Below are positions 1 to 9,539 of a stretch of DNA of 64,000 nucleotides, piece after piece. Within the stretch, counting starts at the first letter, position 1. Each line of letters starts with the position of its first letter. The notes under the pieces were generated by a model. It searched no databases. It was not told where the DNA came from and saw only the letters and a list, made by a program, of their open reading frames with translations. Source of the stretch: Alphaproteobacteria bacterium. Lineage in GTDB: Bacteria > Pseudomonadota > Alphaproteobacteria > JAAXGF01. The stretch lies in assembly GCA_965218865.1 (NCBI GenBank), contig CBDCME010000073.1:289158-353157 (forward strand). Direction: 5' to 3'. Both the position numbers and the translations under genes were made by a program.

Positions 1-123
1 ACATGGTGCGGACGATGTCGACGCTCGACAAGCGGCTGCGGCAAGCCGAATCGATTATGATGCTCACCTGCCGGCGGCGCCGTTCGGCGCCCGAGGCCGC
101 TCCGGCGCCGAATTGAGGAGCAA

Positions 124-1113
124 TCATCCTGCCGTGCCGCCCGGGTGCCGCCCCATCCGACGCTGGATCTCCTCGGCGATTCGAGCGCCTTCGTCGAGGG
201 GAGAATAATCCCAGCTTTCCAGCTTGTCGCCCAACGGGCGGGTAACGCCCGCGGCCCGCATTTCCTCGTGAAAATGGCGGAATTTTTCGGTTTCCGGCTC
301 CACGGGCACGACGTATACGGGCTTGCCCGTCGCCGCGGCCTCCGAAACCATGGAAACCGAATCGTTGGTGACGATGACCGCATCGGCGGCGGCCAGGAAA
401 CCTAGGTACGGATTCTCGCCCTCGCCGCGCCAGAACGTCAGCGGCAAACCGTCGAGCCGGGCCCGCAATACCGAGGCGTTCTCGGACCCGGTGCGGCGCG
501 AGGGCGTCACCATGAGGCCGGCGCCGCTGTCGCGGGCGAAGGCCGCGATGCGGTCGCCGAGACGGGCCGAATCCGTGGTCGTCATGGTGTGACGCTTGCT
601 GCTGCCGCCGATCAATACGGCGATTCGCGGCCGCGGCAAATGGGCCAATTTATCCCCGAAGTCGGCGGCGGCACGCGCCAGGAGCCGGGGGTTCACTCGG
701 TGGATCGCCCCCAGGGTCGTGAGCACGCGAGGGCCCCTGCGGCCATCGTGACGCGGCACGACGATGACGTCGAACAAGCGTTCCGCAACTTTCGGGTCCT
801 GGAGATGAATGGAAAACGTTTGCGCCCGGCTGCGTTTTCGAATCGCCACCGACAGCGCCACGGTCTGACGGCCGCTGGCCAACACCACGTCGGGCCAGGG
901 GGGGGTGATCGGATCACTTCCCTCGGCCAATGCCCGAAAAGGACTGAACCAGAGGCTCGGCGGCAGGAACGACCACGACCCGCGAACCCGGAACCTCTTC
1001 AACGTGTAATCGAAACCCATGGCCTCGACCAGACCGAGGCACTGATTCTCGCTGCCGGGTTTACCGTCGCTCAGAATCCAACAGGACGGTCCCGCCGCCG
1101 GACCTGGGTTCAC
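124..1113 (-). CDS. ELM1/DUF1022 family protein (mitochondrial-fission ELM1-like, predicted nucleotide-sugar/glycosyltransferase-like)
   Basis: 329-aa ORF. Recalled similarity to the alphaproteobacterial ELM1 family (motifs VLIGGSSK, PSRRT). Conserved position next to greA. Confidence 0.55.
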   Translation of the reverse strand: MNPGPAAGPSCWILSDGKPGSENQCLGLVEAMGFDYTLKRFRVRGSWSFLPPSLWFSPFRALAEGSDPITPPWPDVVLASGRQTVALSVAIRKRSRAQTFSIHLQDPKVAERLFDVIVVPRHDGRRGPRVLTTLGAIHRVNPRLLARAAADFGDKLAHLPRPRIAVLIGGSSKRHTMTTTDSARLGDRIAAFARDSGAGLMVTPSRRTGSENASVLRARLDGLPLTFWRGEGENPYLGFLAAADAVIVTNDSVSMVSEAAATGKPVYVVPVEPETEKFRHFHEEMRAAGVTRPLGDKLESWDYSPLDEGARIAEEIQRRMGRHPGGTAG

Positions 1114-1117
1114 CGGC

Positions 1118-1594
1118 TCATTTATAGCCGACCCTCACAATTTCGTAGGATTTCGCGCCGCCCGGCGTCGTCACCTCGATCGAGTCACCACGGCTCTTAC
1201 CGATCAAGGCACGCGCCAGAGGCGAAGTAATCGACAACAGACCGGCCTTGATGTCGGACTCGTCGGCGCCGACGATCTGGTAGGTCGTCTTTTCGTCTGT
1301 GTCCTCGTCGGCAAGCGTAACCTTGGCGCCGAAACGCACGACCCTACCGGAGAGCTTGCTCACGTCGATGACGTCCGCGCGGCTGACCTTGTCCTCGATT
1401 TCCTTGACTCGACCCTCGATAAACGCTTGGCGTTCCCGCGCGGCATGATACTCGGCGTTTTCTGAGAGATCGCCCATTTCCCGAGCCTCCGAGATTGCTT
1501 GGATGACAGCGGGACGTTCGACCGTCTTGAGTCGTTTGAGTTCGTCCTCAAGGCGGGCGAGACCGTTCGCCGTCATGGGCACCCTATCCATCAC
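1118..1594 (-). CDS. greA: transcription elongation factor GreA
   Basis: 158 aa. Typical GreA N-terminal coiled coil ([30 protein letters not shown]) and C-terminal FKBP-like domain. Confidence 0.9.
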   Translation of the reverse strand: MMDRVPMTANGLARLEDELKRLKTVERPAVIQAISEAREMGDLSENAEYHAARERQAFIEGRVKEIEDKVSRADVIDVSKLSGRVVRFGAKVTLADEDTDEKTTYQIVGADESDIKAGLLSITSPLARALIGKSRGDSIEVTTPGGAKSYEIVRVGYK

Positions 1595-1832
1595 GTCTCA
1601 TCCAAGATTCAACTTCGTGTTTGAGCAACACAAAGAGTCATTTTACCATGCGGATGATCAGGATAGGTTGATACACGATAGACTTCAAGTCCACCGATTC
1701 GGGAAGGAAACGTACCGGAATTGCATAGTGGAAATTTCAAAGCTGCGCGGCGGCCGTAATTTTGTTATACTAAGTTTGCATTGGCTGCGATTCCATCCAC
1801 CTTTCGGTGTTGTACTCGGGAGTATCAGAAAT

Positions 1833-2159
1833 ATGGCAGAACAAGGTTTCGACGCGCGCAAGAAGGAAGAAGAGGCGCGATACAAGCATCGTGACGAGCT
1901 TGAATTCAAGGTCCGAACACGGCGCAACAAGCTGATCGGCCAATGGGCCGCCGGACAAATGGGCCTGGATGGTGATGCCGGTGCGGCCTACGCGAAGGAA
2001 GTGGTGATCTCCGCCATCGGGGTCGCGGGCCTCGACCCGGTTCCCGGGAAGATCTTCGACGACCTCGTCGCCAAGGGCGTCGAGGCGAGCCAACACCAAG
2101 TAAATAAGGAACTGGAAAGACTCGAGAACGTCGCCCGATCCCAAATCAACAACGAATGA
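1833..2159 (+). CDS. F1Fo-ATPase inhibitor subunit zeta (DUF1476 family)
   Basis: Internal ATG of the 1503..2159 ORF. The 108-aa product (MAEQGFDARKKEEEARYKHRDELEFKVRTRRNKLIGQWAA...) matches the alphaproteobacterial zeta-inhibitor family as recalled. Confidence 0.65.
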   Translation: MAEQGFDARKKEEEARYKHRDELEFKVRTRRNKLIGQWAAGQMGLDGDAGAAYAKEVVISAIGVAGLDPVPGKIFDDLVAKGVEASQHQVNKELERLENVARSQINNE

Positions 2160-2190
2160 CCAAGGTCCGGGAGCCGGACCGACAGACTCC

Positions 2191-3495
2191 CTAGCTTTCT
2201 TTCGGGCCGAAGACGCGCTTGAAAACGACGTCGATGTGGCGCCGTGCGGCAGCGGCATCGAAGAGAGCCGTCAGGTCGTCAGGATCGAGCGCCGCGGTCA
2301 CTTTCGGATCGGCCTTTAGACGCTCCAGAAAATCACCGCCGTAGCGCCACACCGCCATGGCGTTTTCTTGGACCACGGCATAGGCGCGTTCACGAGACAT
2401 GCCCGCCTGGGTCAAGGCCAGGAGAACCCGTTGAGAATAAACGAGTCCGCCAAGGCTTTCGAGGTTGTTTCGCATATTCTCGGGGTAGACGACTAGGCCG
2501 TCGACGACCGACGTCAAGCGGTCGAGGGCGAAATCGAGTGTCACCGTCGCGTCGGGCGCGATCATCCGTTCGACCGACGAATGGGAGATGTCGCGCTCGT
2601 GCCACAGGGCGACGTTCTCCAGGGCCGGAATCACCGCGGAGCGAACCAGGCGCGCCAACCCGGTAAGGTTTTCGCTCAGCACCGGATTGCGTTTGTGGGG
2701 CATGGCCGAGGACCCCTTCTGTCCGGGCGCGAAATGCTCCTCCGCTTCGAGCACCTCGCTGCGCTGCAAATGCCGGATCTCGGTCGCCAAGCGTTCGACA
2801 GAACTGGCGACCACCGCCAGGGTCGCGAAGTACGCGGCGTGGCGATCCCGTGGAATCACCTGGGTCGAGACCGTTTCCACTGCCAGGCCCAGCGCCTCGG
2901 CGACATGGGCTTCGACCCGGGGATCGATCGTCGCGTAGCTGCCGACGGCGCCGGATATGGCGCAGGTCGCGATCTCCCGTCGGGCGACCTCGAGACGCTC
3001 GCGGTTGCGGCGGAATTCGGCGAAATATCCGGCCAGCTTTAGACCGAACGTGATCGGCTCGGCGTGGATACCGTGGCTCCGACCCAAGCACGGCGTATCC
3101 TTGAATTCCCAGGCCCGGCGCTCGATCACCGCCAGGAGCGCTTCGAGGTCCGCCAGGAGAATATCGGCGGCGCGGCTGAGTTGGACCGCAAAGCCGGTAT
3201 CCAGCACGTCGGAAGAGGTCATGCCCTGATGGATGAATCGCGCCTCGTCGCCCACGCTTTCGGCCAGATTGGTCAAAAAGGCGATCACGTCGTGGCGGGT
3301 CTCGCGTTCGATCGCCGCAATCCGCTCGGGATCGACCCTGCCCCGCTCGCGCACCGCGCGGGCCGCCGATTCGGGTATGACTCCCAACCTCGCCAAGGCG
3401 TCGCAGGCATGCGTTTCAATTTCGAGCCATATCCGAAAGCGGGTTTCGTCCCGCCAGATCGCGACCATCTTCGGACGGCTGTACCGAGGAATCAT
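2191..3495 (-). CDS. purB: adenylosuccinate lyase
   Basis: 434 aa. Fumarate-lyase signature GSSAMPHKRNP and the typical PurB N-terminus. Confidence 0.9.
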   Translation of the reverse strand: MIPRYSRPKMVAIWRDETRFRIWLEIETHACDALARLGVIPESAARAVRERGRVDPERIAAIERETRHDVIAFLTNLAESVGDEARFIHQGMTSSDVLDTGFAVQLSRAADILLADLEALLAVIERRAWEFKDTPCLGRSHGIHAEPITFGLKLAGYFAEFRRNRERLEVARREIATCAISGAVGSYATIDPRVEAHVAEALGLAVETVSTQVIPRDRHAAYFATLAVVASSVERLATEIRHLQRSEVLEAEEHFAPGQKGSSAMPHKRNPVLSENLTGLARLVRSAVIPALENVALWHERDISHSSVERMIAPDATVTLDFALDRLTSVVDGLVVYPENMRNNLESLGGLVYSQRVLLALTQAGMSRERAYAVVQENAMAVWRYGGDFLERLKADPKVTAALDPDDLTALFDAAAARRHIDVVFKRVFGPKES

Positions 3496-3537
3496 GCCGC
3501 CACCGGAAGTCTACACGGGCGAGCCGTGCCGTAGCTT

Positions 3538-4140
3538 TCACGCCCCGTCAAGATCATCCTCTCCCTTTTCGGCTCGCGCCAACGAGGCATCCGCCCTGCT
3601 CTTCACGTAGAAACTCAGAGCCGCCACGATCAGCCCCGCGAAAATCAAGACGAGCCAGGCGTACCTCTCGATATATCCCGCCAAGACGACCGATAGGGCG
3701 AGGAAAACGCCCACCGCGCAAAGGCGCCACACCCGTAGGTGCACGCCGGCGAGATAGGTCGTCAAGGCCAGCAACAGAGCGACCACGAAACCGGTGTTCT
3801 CGTAGTCCAGACGACCCATGTACAAGAGCAGATAAATGATCTTGATCGCGATCAGAAGACCGACCCAGTGAAAAATCTGAGAGCGAAGGAGTTGGCTCCA
3901 ATTTTGTCCGTCCCGTGGGGCGCGCAGCCTCTCGATGACGACACCGGTGACGCCGAACATCGGCACCATGATAAGCCAAAGCAGAAAACCAATCTCCGGC
4001 GCAGCGTCGGTGATCGCCATACCAATCACCGAAAGCGCGAGCAGGACGAGGAGAACGATCTCGTCGACCTCGAGGCGCCGTTGAGGAATCCATTTCGTCC
4101 AGGATTGAACTGGCGGGGGCTTCCCCTCGGGATCGGTCAC
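3538..4140 (-). CDS. hypothetical polytopic membrane protein
   Basis: 200 aa with about 5 hydrophobic TM segments. The overlapping R-rich alternative frame (3554..4213) is rejected. Confidence 0.5.
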   Translation of the reverse strand: MTDPEGKPPPVQSWTKWIPQRRLEVDEIVLLVLLALSVIGMAITDAAPEIGFLLWLIMVPMFGVTGVVIERLRAPRDGQNWSQLLRSQIFHWVGLLIAIKIIYLLLYMGRLDYENTGFVVALLLALTTYLAGVHLRVWRLCAVGVFLALSVVLAGYIERYAWLVLIFAGLIVAALSFYVKSRADASLARAEKGEDDLDGA

Positions 4141-4220
4141 GGACTTCGGTCTCCCCGAGGTCGAAGGCGCCGCGGCGCCGACATCTCGTCGTGCAAGCGA
4201 TTGACGCGGACAATCATGTC

Positions 4221-4412
4221 TCAGCCCCTAACGAGCCAAAGAACCGCGAAACCCAGAATAGCCGCGGTAAGGCCGACCGAACGCAATTGCGAGGACGGTT
4301 GTTCGAGAACCATCGCCACCATGCGTTTCATGCCGTCGGGAAACAAGGCGTACAGCGACCCCTCGATGATAAAAATAAGACAGATCGCGCTCAATAGGTC
4401 GCTCATGGCCAT
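4221..4412 (-). CDS. DUF2065-like small membrane protein
   Basis: Start taken at MAMSDLL. About 63 aa with two TM helices (LIFIIEGSLYALFP, GLTAAILGFAVLWLV). Confidence 0.45.
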   Translation of the reverse strand: MAMSDLLSAICLIFIIEGSLYALFPDGMKRMVAMVLEQPSSQLRSVGLTAAILGFAVLWLVRG

Positions 4413-4497
4413 CCCCACTCGTTGAACCGGCGCCGCGCCACGGGTAGATTTATCAGCCGCCGCGAGTATGGGCAACGAGACGCGGGAGCCTGGCGCC

Positions 4498-5505
4498 ATG
4501 AATTATCGCCGACTGGGGAAAAGCGGCCTTTCAGTCTCCGACGTTTGCCTGGGAACGATGACGTTCGGCAGCCAGGTTTCGGACCGCGCGAGCGCGCGGA
4601 TTCTCGATCGGGCCCATGACAGCGGAATCAACTTCTTCGATACCGCCGAAGCGTACGCGGTTCCGATGAAAGCCGAGACCTACGGCGCCTCCGAACGCAT
4701 ACTCGGCAAATGGCTCGCGACCAAAGCCCGGGATTCGATGGTCGTGGCGACCAAGATCGCCGGTCCCAACTCGGGCGTCTTCGGTAACATCGTTCCTCAT
4801 ATTCGCGGGGGTTGCGCGTCCCTTGATAGGCATCATTTCGAGCGTGCCGCGGAAGGCTCGCTGAAACGCCTGGGGACCGACCACATCGACCTCTATCAAA
4901 CCCACTGGCCCGACCGGATGGTGCCCATCGAGGAGCAACTCGAGGCCTTCGAGCGCCTTATCGAAGCGGGAAAGATTCGCTATGCCGGGGTCAGCAACGA
5001 AACCCCGTGGGGCCTCACTCGGATCGCGGCCAAGGCCGAGAGCGACGGGTTTCCGACGGTGATCTCTCTGCAAAACGTCTACCATCTATTGAAACGCGAC
5101 TTCGAGGACGCAATGGCCGAGGTATGCCAGCGCGAGAGTGTCGGAATGATCGCCTACTCGGCCCTCGGCATGGGCGTTCTCACCGGAAAATACAGCGGCG
5201 GCAAGGTGCCCGGGAAATCACGCATGGCGGTGTATCCCTCTCGCTTCCGCGACCGCTACATGACCCCGGCCGCCTTGGCCGCGGCCGATCGCTACGGCGA
5301 GATCGCCCGAGACGCCGGCCTCGACCCCGTCGTCATGGCGATTGCCTGGACCCGCGACCGACCGGCGGTCACCGCCGCCCTGCCCGGCTGCACCGACATG
5401 AAACAGCTCGAAAAAATTATTGCCGGCGCCGAAACCACCTTGTCGGACGAGATCCTTGCCGCCATCGACGGGGTCCATGGCGAGAACAAGAATCCGGTCG
5501 TCTGA
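4498..5505 (+). CDS. tas: NADP(H)-dependent aldo-keto reductase (Tas-like)
   Basis: Start at MNYRRLGKSGL. Strong colinearity with E. coli Tas (LGTMTFG, LYQTHWPDR, IRYAGVSNETPWG). Confidence 0.85.
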   Translation: MNYRRLGKSGLSVSDVCLGTMTFGSQVSDRASARILDRAHDSGINFFDTAEAYAVPMKAETYGASERILGKWLATKARDSMVVATKIAGPNSGVFGNIVPHIRGGCASLDRHHFERAAEGSLKRLGTDHIDLYQTHWPDRMVPIEEQLEAFERLIEAGKIRYAGVSNETPWGLTRIAAKAESDGFPTVISLQNVYHLLKRDFEDAMAEVCQRESVGMIAYSALGMGVLTGKYSGGKVPGKSRMAVYPSRFRDRYMTPAALAAADRYGEIARDAGLDPVVMAIAWTRDRPAVTAALPGCTDMKQLEKIIAGAETTLSDEILAAIDGVHGENKNPVV

Positions 5506-5523
5506 ATACCGCCCCGAGGGTGA

Positions 5524-5675
5524 CAGTCTGTTCGATAACTCGCGGCGCTGGCCCTCTCCCCCTCCCGGCCACCCCTATCAGCATACTCTCGTGGGTGGCC
5601 GGGAGGGGGAGAGGGCCGGGAGGGGGAGAGGGCCAGACGCAAAAAATGCGCGGCCGCGCATTTTCAAACAGACTG
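5524..5675. repeat. MITE/REP-like palindromic element, copy 1 (terminal inverted repeats CAGTCTGTTCGA...TCGAACAGACTG, internal G/C-rich palindrome)
   Basis: 152-bp nested palindrome in the convergent tas/hflC intergenic space. Two further copies at 40745..40882 and 41634..41765. Confidence 0.65.
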
Positions 5676-5699
5676 TGAGTTAGCGGAAACGGGTGGGCC

Positions 5700-6581
5700 C
5701 TACCGCCCCCCGGGACCCGGTTTGCTGTGATCGAAGTAACGGAAGAATTCGCTACTGGGCGAAAGTACCATCGTCGTGTCGTCGCTTGACAGCGCCTCAC
5801 GGTAGGCCTCCATGGAGCGATAGAAGGCAAAAAAGTCGATATCCTTGCCAAAGGCCTCGGCGAATATCCGCACCGCTTCGCCATCCCCTTCACCACGGGA
5901 AATCTGCGCTGTCTTGCGGGCCTCGGCGAGGAGGATGGTTTTCTCGCGATCCGCCCGGCTCCGGATCCGCTGGCCGACTTCCGCGCCCTGGGCCCGGAAT
6001 TCCTTGGCTTCGCGCTCGCGTTCGGTCTGCATGCGGCGGAAAACGGCCTGGCTGTTCTCCGCCGGCAGATCGGCCCGTTTCATGCGCACGTCGACGACGT
6101 TGATGCCTAAGGGCTCGGCCTCCTCGTTTACGCTAACGCGGATGGTGACCATGATGTCGGCGCGCTCGCCGGAAACAACCGAGCTGAGCGGCACCGACCC
6201 CAATGTCCGCCGAATGGCCGCATTGACGAGGTTGCCGAGGCGGCCTCGCGCCACGGCCTCGGTGCCCACTGATTGATAGAATAGCAGGGGATCCGCGATC
6301 CGATAGAGGGCAAATGCGTCGACCACGAGCCGTTTCTGATCCGAGAGGATCATCTCTTCGGCGGGAGCATCGAACTCCAGCAACCGATTGTCGAAGTAGC
6401 GAACGTCCTGGATGAAAGGAATTTTTAAGTTCAGTCCGGGATCTTGAATCACCTTACGGGGTTCACCGAATTGAAGTACCAGGGCCTGTCGCGCCTGATG
6501 CACGGTGAATAGCGAGCTGGCGGCGACAACAGCAGTTACTGCCGCGACGATGGCGAGGATCACGAGTGCCGGGTGTTTCAT
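5700..6581 (-). CDS. hflC: protease modulator HflC
   Basis: 293 aa. N-terminal TM plus SPFH/band-7 domain. Directly downstream of hflK. Confidence 0.9.
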   Translation of the reverse strand: MKHPALVILAIVAAVTAVVAASSLFTVHQARQALVLQFGEPRKVIQDPGLNLKIPFIQDVRYFDNRLLEFDAPAEEMILSDQKRLVVDAFALYRIADPLLFYQSVGTEAVARGRLGNLVNAAIRRTLGSVPLSSVVSGERADIMVTIRVSVNEEAEPLGINVVDVRMKRADLPAENSQAVFRRMQTEREREAKEFRAQGAEVGQRIRSRADREKTILLAEARKTAQISRGEGDGEAVRIFAEAFGKDIDFFAFYRSMEAYREALSSDDTTMVLSPSSEFFRYFDHSKPGPGGR

Positions 6582-6582
6582 C

Positions 6583-7701
6583 CTAGGGAGATCCTCCGCT
6601 CGACTTGCGTTTGTTCAACTCGGGCAGCGGCAGATAGGGGAGAACCCCCTGGGTGCCGGTACCCTCGCTGTCGATGATGATCTTGGTCATGCCCTTGAGG
6701 ATTTTTTCCATGGTTTCGAGATAGATACGCCTGACCGTCACGTCCTTGGCCACCTTGTACGAGTTGTACACCGAGATGAACCGCTGGGCGTCACCCTCGG
6801 CCCGGGCGACGACCTCCTGTTTGTACCCTTCCGCCTCCTGAAGCAGCTGTTCGGCCTCGCCGCGGGCCCGGGGGATGATGTCGTTCCGATAGGCCTCGGC
6901 CTCGTTACGGAGACGCTCGAGGTCGGCGCGGGCGGCTTGGACGTCGCGGAAAGCATCGATCACCGCCTCGGGGGGATCCACTTTCTGCAATTGGACCTGG
7001 GTCACTTGGATTCCCGCCTCGTATCCGTCGAGCACCTGCTGCAACAATTCGCGGGTTTGGGTTTCGACGGCGCTCCGGCCCTCGGCCAAGGCGGAAGCGA
7101 TCTCGGTCTTTCCGATCACCTCGCGCATGGCGGCTTCCCCCGCGTCCTTGACCGTGCGCTCGGGCTCGCGCAGTTTGAACAAGAACTTTCCGGCGTCTTT
7201 GATCACCCAAAAGACGACAAAGTTGATGTCGACAATGTTTTCATCGCCGGTCAGCATCAGACTTTCGCCTTGAACCTGGCGGGAGGTCCCCTCGCGGATC
7301 CCGCTGCCACTCGACCGGAACCCGAGTTCCACCCGGTTAACCTTGGTCACCTTGGGTGTGTAGACCTGACCGATCGGGGAAGGGGGATTGTATCGCAGAC
7401 CGGGTTCGGTGGTCGCCATCCAACGGCCGAAGATGAGTTCGACCCCTTGCTCGTCGGGTTGCACGCGGTAGAACCCGCTTGCCAACCAGATCGCGACGAC
7501 GATACCGATAATGATTAAAAGGCCGCGAAACCCGCCCGTGCCACCGGGTAAAAAACGTTTGATACGTTCCTGCCCCTTGCGCAGCAAGTCCTCCAGATCC
7601 GGTGCTTGGGGACCGCCCGGGCCACGGCCCCAGGGACCCTGGCCGCCACCGCCCTGCCAGCCACCGCCGCCGTTACCACCCCCTTGACTACTCCACGGCA
7701 C
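6583..7701 (-). CDS. hflK: protease modulator HflK
   Basis: SPFH domain protein with a Gly-rich N-terminus (PWSSQGGGNGGGGWQGGGG). Start placed at the GTG (V of RVPWSS), 7 nt after a perfect AAGGAG Shine-Dalgarno. The ORF-track start at 7728 lacks an RBS. Confidence 0.85.
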   Translation of the reverse strand: MPWSSQGGGNGGGGWQGGGGQGPWGRGPGGPQAPDLEDLLRKGQERIKRFLPGGTGGFRGLLIIIGIVVAIWLASGFYRVQPDEQGVELIFGRWMATTEPGLRYNPPSPIGQVYTPKVTKVNRVELGFRSSGSGIREGTSRQVQGESLMLTGDENIVDINFVVFWVIKDAGKFLFKLREPERTVKDAGEAAMREVIGKTEIASALAEGRSAVETQTRELLQQVLDGYEAGIQVTQVQLQKVDPPEAVIDAFRDVQAARADLERLRNEAEAYRNDIIPRARGEAEQLLQEAEGYKQEVVARAEGDAQRFISVYNSYKVAKDVTVRRIYLETMEKILKGMTKIIIDSEGTGTQGVLPYLPLPELNKRKSSGGSP

Positions 7702-7882
7702 TCGAAGACTCCTTCGTCGCGATGTCACGAACGGGATTGGTTACCCTTTCTCCTAGCCTTATATGTCAGCTATCATCGTTACGCAATGAGTTGTGGTCGA
7801 ATACAAGGGTCAGCGGCCGGAAACGGACGTACCGGCTGGTGATCCGGAGCACGATTGATCCGCCACTGAAGGAGCCATCGCC

Positions 7883-8995
7883 ATGAGCGAGGTCACCGAG
7901 GAACAGATCTGGCAAGCCCTCAAGGGCGTTGCCGACGACGGTCAAGACGTCGTCAGCGAGGGCCTGGTTTCGGGCTTGATCGTCAAGAACGGCAACGTCG
8001 GCTTCGCGATCGAGGTCGATCCGAGCGAGGGCGCGGCCAAGGAACCCCTGCGCCAGGCATGCGAAAAAGCGGTCGAGGCCCTGCCAGGTGTTCTATCCGT
8101 GACCGTCGTCCTCACGGCCCACCGCGACGCCGCCCAGCGCGCGCCCGACCCTTCCCGGGGTCCGGCCGCCGCCGAGGACACGAGGACGGCCATTCCGGGG
8201 ATCGCTTCGATCGTCGCCGTCGCTTCGGGAAAGGGTGGAGTCGGAAAATCCACCATGGCCGTTAATCTAGCGCTGGCGCTGGCCGTCGGCGGACGCCGCG
8301 TCGGCATCCTCGATGCCGATATCTACGGACCCTCGATGCCCCGCATGCTTGGCATCCAAGGTCGCCCCAAGGCGATCGACGGGAAACGTCTGGAACCGAT
8401 GCGAAATCACGGCTTGGCCTGCATGTCGATGGGTTTCCTGGTAGACGAAGACACGCCGATGATCTGGCGCGGACCCATGGTGATGCAAGCCTTGGAGCAA
8501 ATGCTGCGCGAGGTCGAATGGGGCAACCTCGATCTGCTGGTCGTCGACATGCCGCCGGGCACCGGTGACGCCCAACTGACGATGGCGCAGCGCGTCCCCC
8601 TGACCGGCGCGATCATCGTTTCGACCCCCCAGGACATCGCCCTGATCGATGCCCGTAAGGGCCTCGCCATGTTCCAACGCGTGAACGTGCCCGTATTCGG
8701 AATCGTCGAAAACATGAGCTATTATCAATGCCCGCAATGCGGCCACCGGGCCGAGATCTTCGGCCACGGGGGGGCCCGGAAAACCGCCGACGATCTGGGC
8801 ATGGATTTTCTCGGCGAGGTCGCCCTGGACATCCGCATCCGCGAGACCTCGGACTCGGGCCAGCCCGTCGTCGCCACCGACCCGGAGAGCGCCCACGCCG
8901 CGGCCTTTCGAAAGATCGCGGACAAGGTCGCGGACAAGATCGATGCCGCGACTGGCGCCGAGGCGCCCAAGGCGCCCAAGATCGTCATCCAATGA
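7883..8995 (+). CDS. apbC: Fe-S cluster carrier ATPase Mrp/ApbC
   Basis: 370 aa. N-terminal DUF59-like domain plus the Mrp/NBP35 P-loop GKGGVGKST and a CxxC motif (YYQCPQCGH). Confidence 0.9.
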   Translation: MSEVTEEQIWQALKGVADDGQDVVSEGLVSGLIVKNGNVGFAIEVDPSEGAAKEPLRQACEKAVEALPGVLSVTVVLTAHRDAAQRAPDPSRGPAAAEDTRTAIPGIASIVAVASGKGGVGKSTMAVNLALALAVGGRRVGILDADIYGPSMPRMLGIQGRPKAIDGKRLEPMRNHGLACMSMGFLVDEDTPMIWRGPMVMQALEQMLREVEWGNLDLLVVDMPPGTGDAQLTMAQRVPLTGAIIVSTPQDIALIDARKGLAMFQRVNVPVFGIVENMSYYQCPQCGHRAEIFGHGGARKTADDLGMDFLGEVALDIRIRETSDSGQPVVATDPESAHAAAFRKIADKVADKIDAATGAEAPKAPKIVIQ

Positions 8996-9048
8996 AGCGA
9001 ACAGCACCCCCACCGCTTCGCCAGCCATCGATACGGAGTGAATGACCC

Positions 9049-9384
9049 ATGAACATCAAGACCCTCGCCCTGCCGTTGATTTTCGCCGCGCTTCTCGGAA
9101 CCGGCACCGCCACGGCGTATGAACAGCCCTGCAAGGCGAAGGGGGAACAGGGACTCGCGAGCCTGGGCCTCGGCAGCGACGACCTCAAGAGCGTTCAATG
9201 GGAGGAACGGATCGGGGCCGGATTCTCCGCGGACGGCGAGGGTTGGGTCACCGGCTATAATCTGTGGGCGAGACCGAAATCGTGTGAGCGAGGATACGTG
9301 GTCGTCGAAATGACCCGAAGCTGTTACATCCGCCAGATCTATTCCCGTGGCGGCTGCACCATTGCCGGCGCCCAACAATACTGA
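9049..9384 (+). CDS. hypothetical exported protein (signal peptide, 4 Cys)
   Basis: 111 aa. N-terminal signal peptide (ALPLIFAALLGTGTATAYE). No recognised domain. Confidence 0.4.
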   Translation: MNIKTLALPLIFAALLGTGTATAYEQPCKAKGEQGLASLGLGSDDLKSVQWEERIGAGFSADGEGWVTGYNLWARPKSCERGYVVVEMTRSCYIRQIYSRGGCTIAGAQQY

Positions 9385-9539
9385 GGTCCGCCATCCCGCC
9401 GGGACGCCGATCAGCATTAATTTGGGGACAGTATACCAATTTATCCGTCAGTCGCGGGTTTCATCCGACCGAAAAAAATCTAATGTCTCGGCATCACCTT
9501 ACGCCGTCGGGTTGGTTCCGGAATTGGAGCCGTATCCGG

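Noticed and set aside
3554-4213. 219-aa R-rich alternative frame overlapping the membrane-protein gene
   Set aside because: Its composition is implausible (runs of R). The overlapping frame 3538..4140 has clean TM segments.
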